This document shows, one piece after another, positions 62,451 through 64,000 of a stretch of DNA of 64,000 nucleotides (positions within the stretch are counted from its first letter, which is position 1; each line of letters starts with the position of its first letter). The stretch spans positions 8,990,001-9,054,000 of the forward strand of contig NC_086097.1 of NCBI RefSeq assembly GCF_963921235.1. The letters run 5' to 3'. Under the pieces are notes generated by a model. The model was given only the letters and a program-made list of their open reading frames with translations, was not told the origin of the DNA and searched no databases. Source of the stretch: Mobula hypostoma. Taxonomy: Eukaryota. A program made the position numbers and the translations under genes.

Positions 62451-63119
62451 GAACACAGAAGAATCGGAATAATTTTAATGGCTGTCAATGCAACAGAAAT
62501 TCATTTTTGAGCCTGTCCTCCTTCCCCTTAACCTTCCCCTCCCCACCCCGACAACCATCTGATTCTAGGTTCTACCCCACTTTCTTCCCAGTACTGGTGA
62601 AGGGTCTTGGCCTGAAAAGTCAACTGCTTATTAATTTTGATAGAAGCTGCCTGAGCTGCTGAGTTCCTCCAGCATTTTGTGTGCTGCTCTGGATTTCCAG
62701 CATCTGCAGGATTCTTATGTTTAGAAATTCACTGCATCTCTGTTTATCAAATAATGCAATCTTAACAATTATTAAATTGAGTTTCCAGAAAACTTTCACA
62801 TTCTCTGTTCCTCAAAGTCAAGCAGTCCCAACCAGGCTTCAGATAGTAAATGATAAACACTATTCCTGACAACAAGTAGTAGTTTGTGAACAACTCCAAC
62901 AAGGGAACTTAACATAATTTTACTAATTTTAACTATTTTTAATATTGTTAATATTTAATATTTGAAATCCAGGGAGTGTGAAGCGCAGAATCAAATATCG
63001 CTGTGATGATTGTATGTTTTAGTACCAATTGTTTGGTGACAATAAAGTATAAAGTATAATTATCTCCAAGTATGAAATCATCAGCATTCAGATGGTGATT
63101 ATTGATCAATTCAGGTTTT

Positions 63120-63502
63120 ATTGATCAGGTATATAAAATTATGATGGGTATTGATAGAGTGAATACAAGCAGGTTTTTTCCGCTGAGGCAAGGGGAGAAA
63201 AAAACCAGAGGATATGGGTTAAGGGTGAGGGGGGAAAAGTTTAAAGGGAACATTAGGGGGGGCTTCTTCACACAGAGAGTGGTGGGAGTATGGAATGAGC
63301 TGCCAGATGAGGTGGTAAATGCGGGTTCTTTTTTAACATTTAAGAATAAATTGGACAGATACATGGATGGAAGGTGTATGGAGGGATATGGTCCGTGTGC
63401 AGGTCAGTGAGACTAGGCAGAAAATGGTTCGGTACAGCCAAGAAGGGCCAAAAGGCCTGTTTCTGTGCTGTAGTTTCTCTGGTTCTATGGTTCTATGGTT
63501 CT
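63120..63502 (+). mobile_element. CR1 LINE 3' end
   Basis: VYKIMMGIDRV...TRGYGLRV...FFTQRVVGVWNELP; (TTCTATGG)n tail. Confidence 0.9.
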
Positions 63503-63544
63503 AATTCATTTTCAATTGGGCAATTCATATACATTTCACACGTG

Positions 63545-63930
63545 CACACCCCAATCAGATTGGATTGGTAACAACATCTCTACAATCTCCATCTGCACAA
63601 GTGCACCACAGGAATGTGAGCTTAACTGCCTGCTCGACTCACTTTACCCTTATGACTGTAAGGCTAAGCACAGCTCCAATGCTAGATTGAAGCTTGCTGA
63701 TAACACTACTGTCATTGGCAGAATCAAACATGGTGATGAATCAGTGTATGGGAGGGAAACTGAAATTCTGGCTCAGTTGTGCCAAACAACAAGCTCTCCC
63801 TCAATGTTAGCAAGACCAAGGAGAAGACTATTGACTTCAGCAGGAGGAAACCGGAGGTCTATGAGCCGTCCTCATCAGGGGATCAAAGACTGAGAGGGTC
63901 AGCAACTTTAAATTCTCGGTCTTATCATTT
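63545..63930 (+). mobile_element. Rex1/Babar-like RT fragment, followed by a minus-strand CR1 3' terminus at the window end
   Basis: IGNNISTISICTSAPQEC...KLADNTTVIGRI; CATAAGATATAGGAGCAGAAG near 63940. Confidence 0.78.
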
Positions 63931-64000
63931 CCGTAAGGCCATAAGATATAGGAGCAGAAGCTGGCCATTCAGTCCATCATGTCTGCTCCGCCATTCAATC

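Overview
A 64-kb, AT-rich vertebrate non-coding window (intronic or intergenic), mostly decayed transposable elements. I found no intact host coding exon, RNA gene or CRISPR array. The repeat mix (CR1, Rex1/Babar-like LINEs, Penelope elements, HE1/V-SINE-like SINEs) suggests a cartilaginous fish, probably a ray; this is inference. Main contents: a near full-length Gypsy element with a PNMA/MOAP1-like gag (32901-38791); an internally deleted Gypsy element with a tRNA-Leu PBS and 4-bp TSD (7954-10313); two solo LTRs; many CR1 and Rex1-like fragments, one CR1 bounded by a TSD; Penelope RT/GIY-YIG remnants; Tc1, Tigger-like and hAT elements; a Helitron-like element; a 48-bp minisatellite and a long (TC)n tract. 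The two most unusual signals are (1) two Tc1 copies 54 kb apart that share the same fold-back junction in opposite orientations, implying a replicated palindromic Tc1 derivative, and (2) short Penelope-derived inserts, three with 10-13-bp TSDs, that carry a minimal hammerhead-ribozyme core. Coordinates were read by eye, and boundaries not marked by TSDs or TIRs are approximate.
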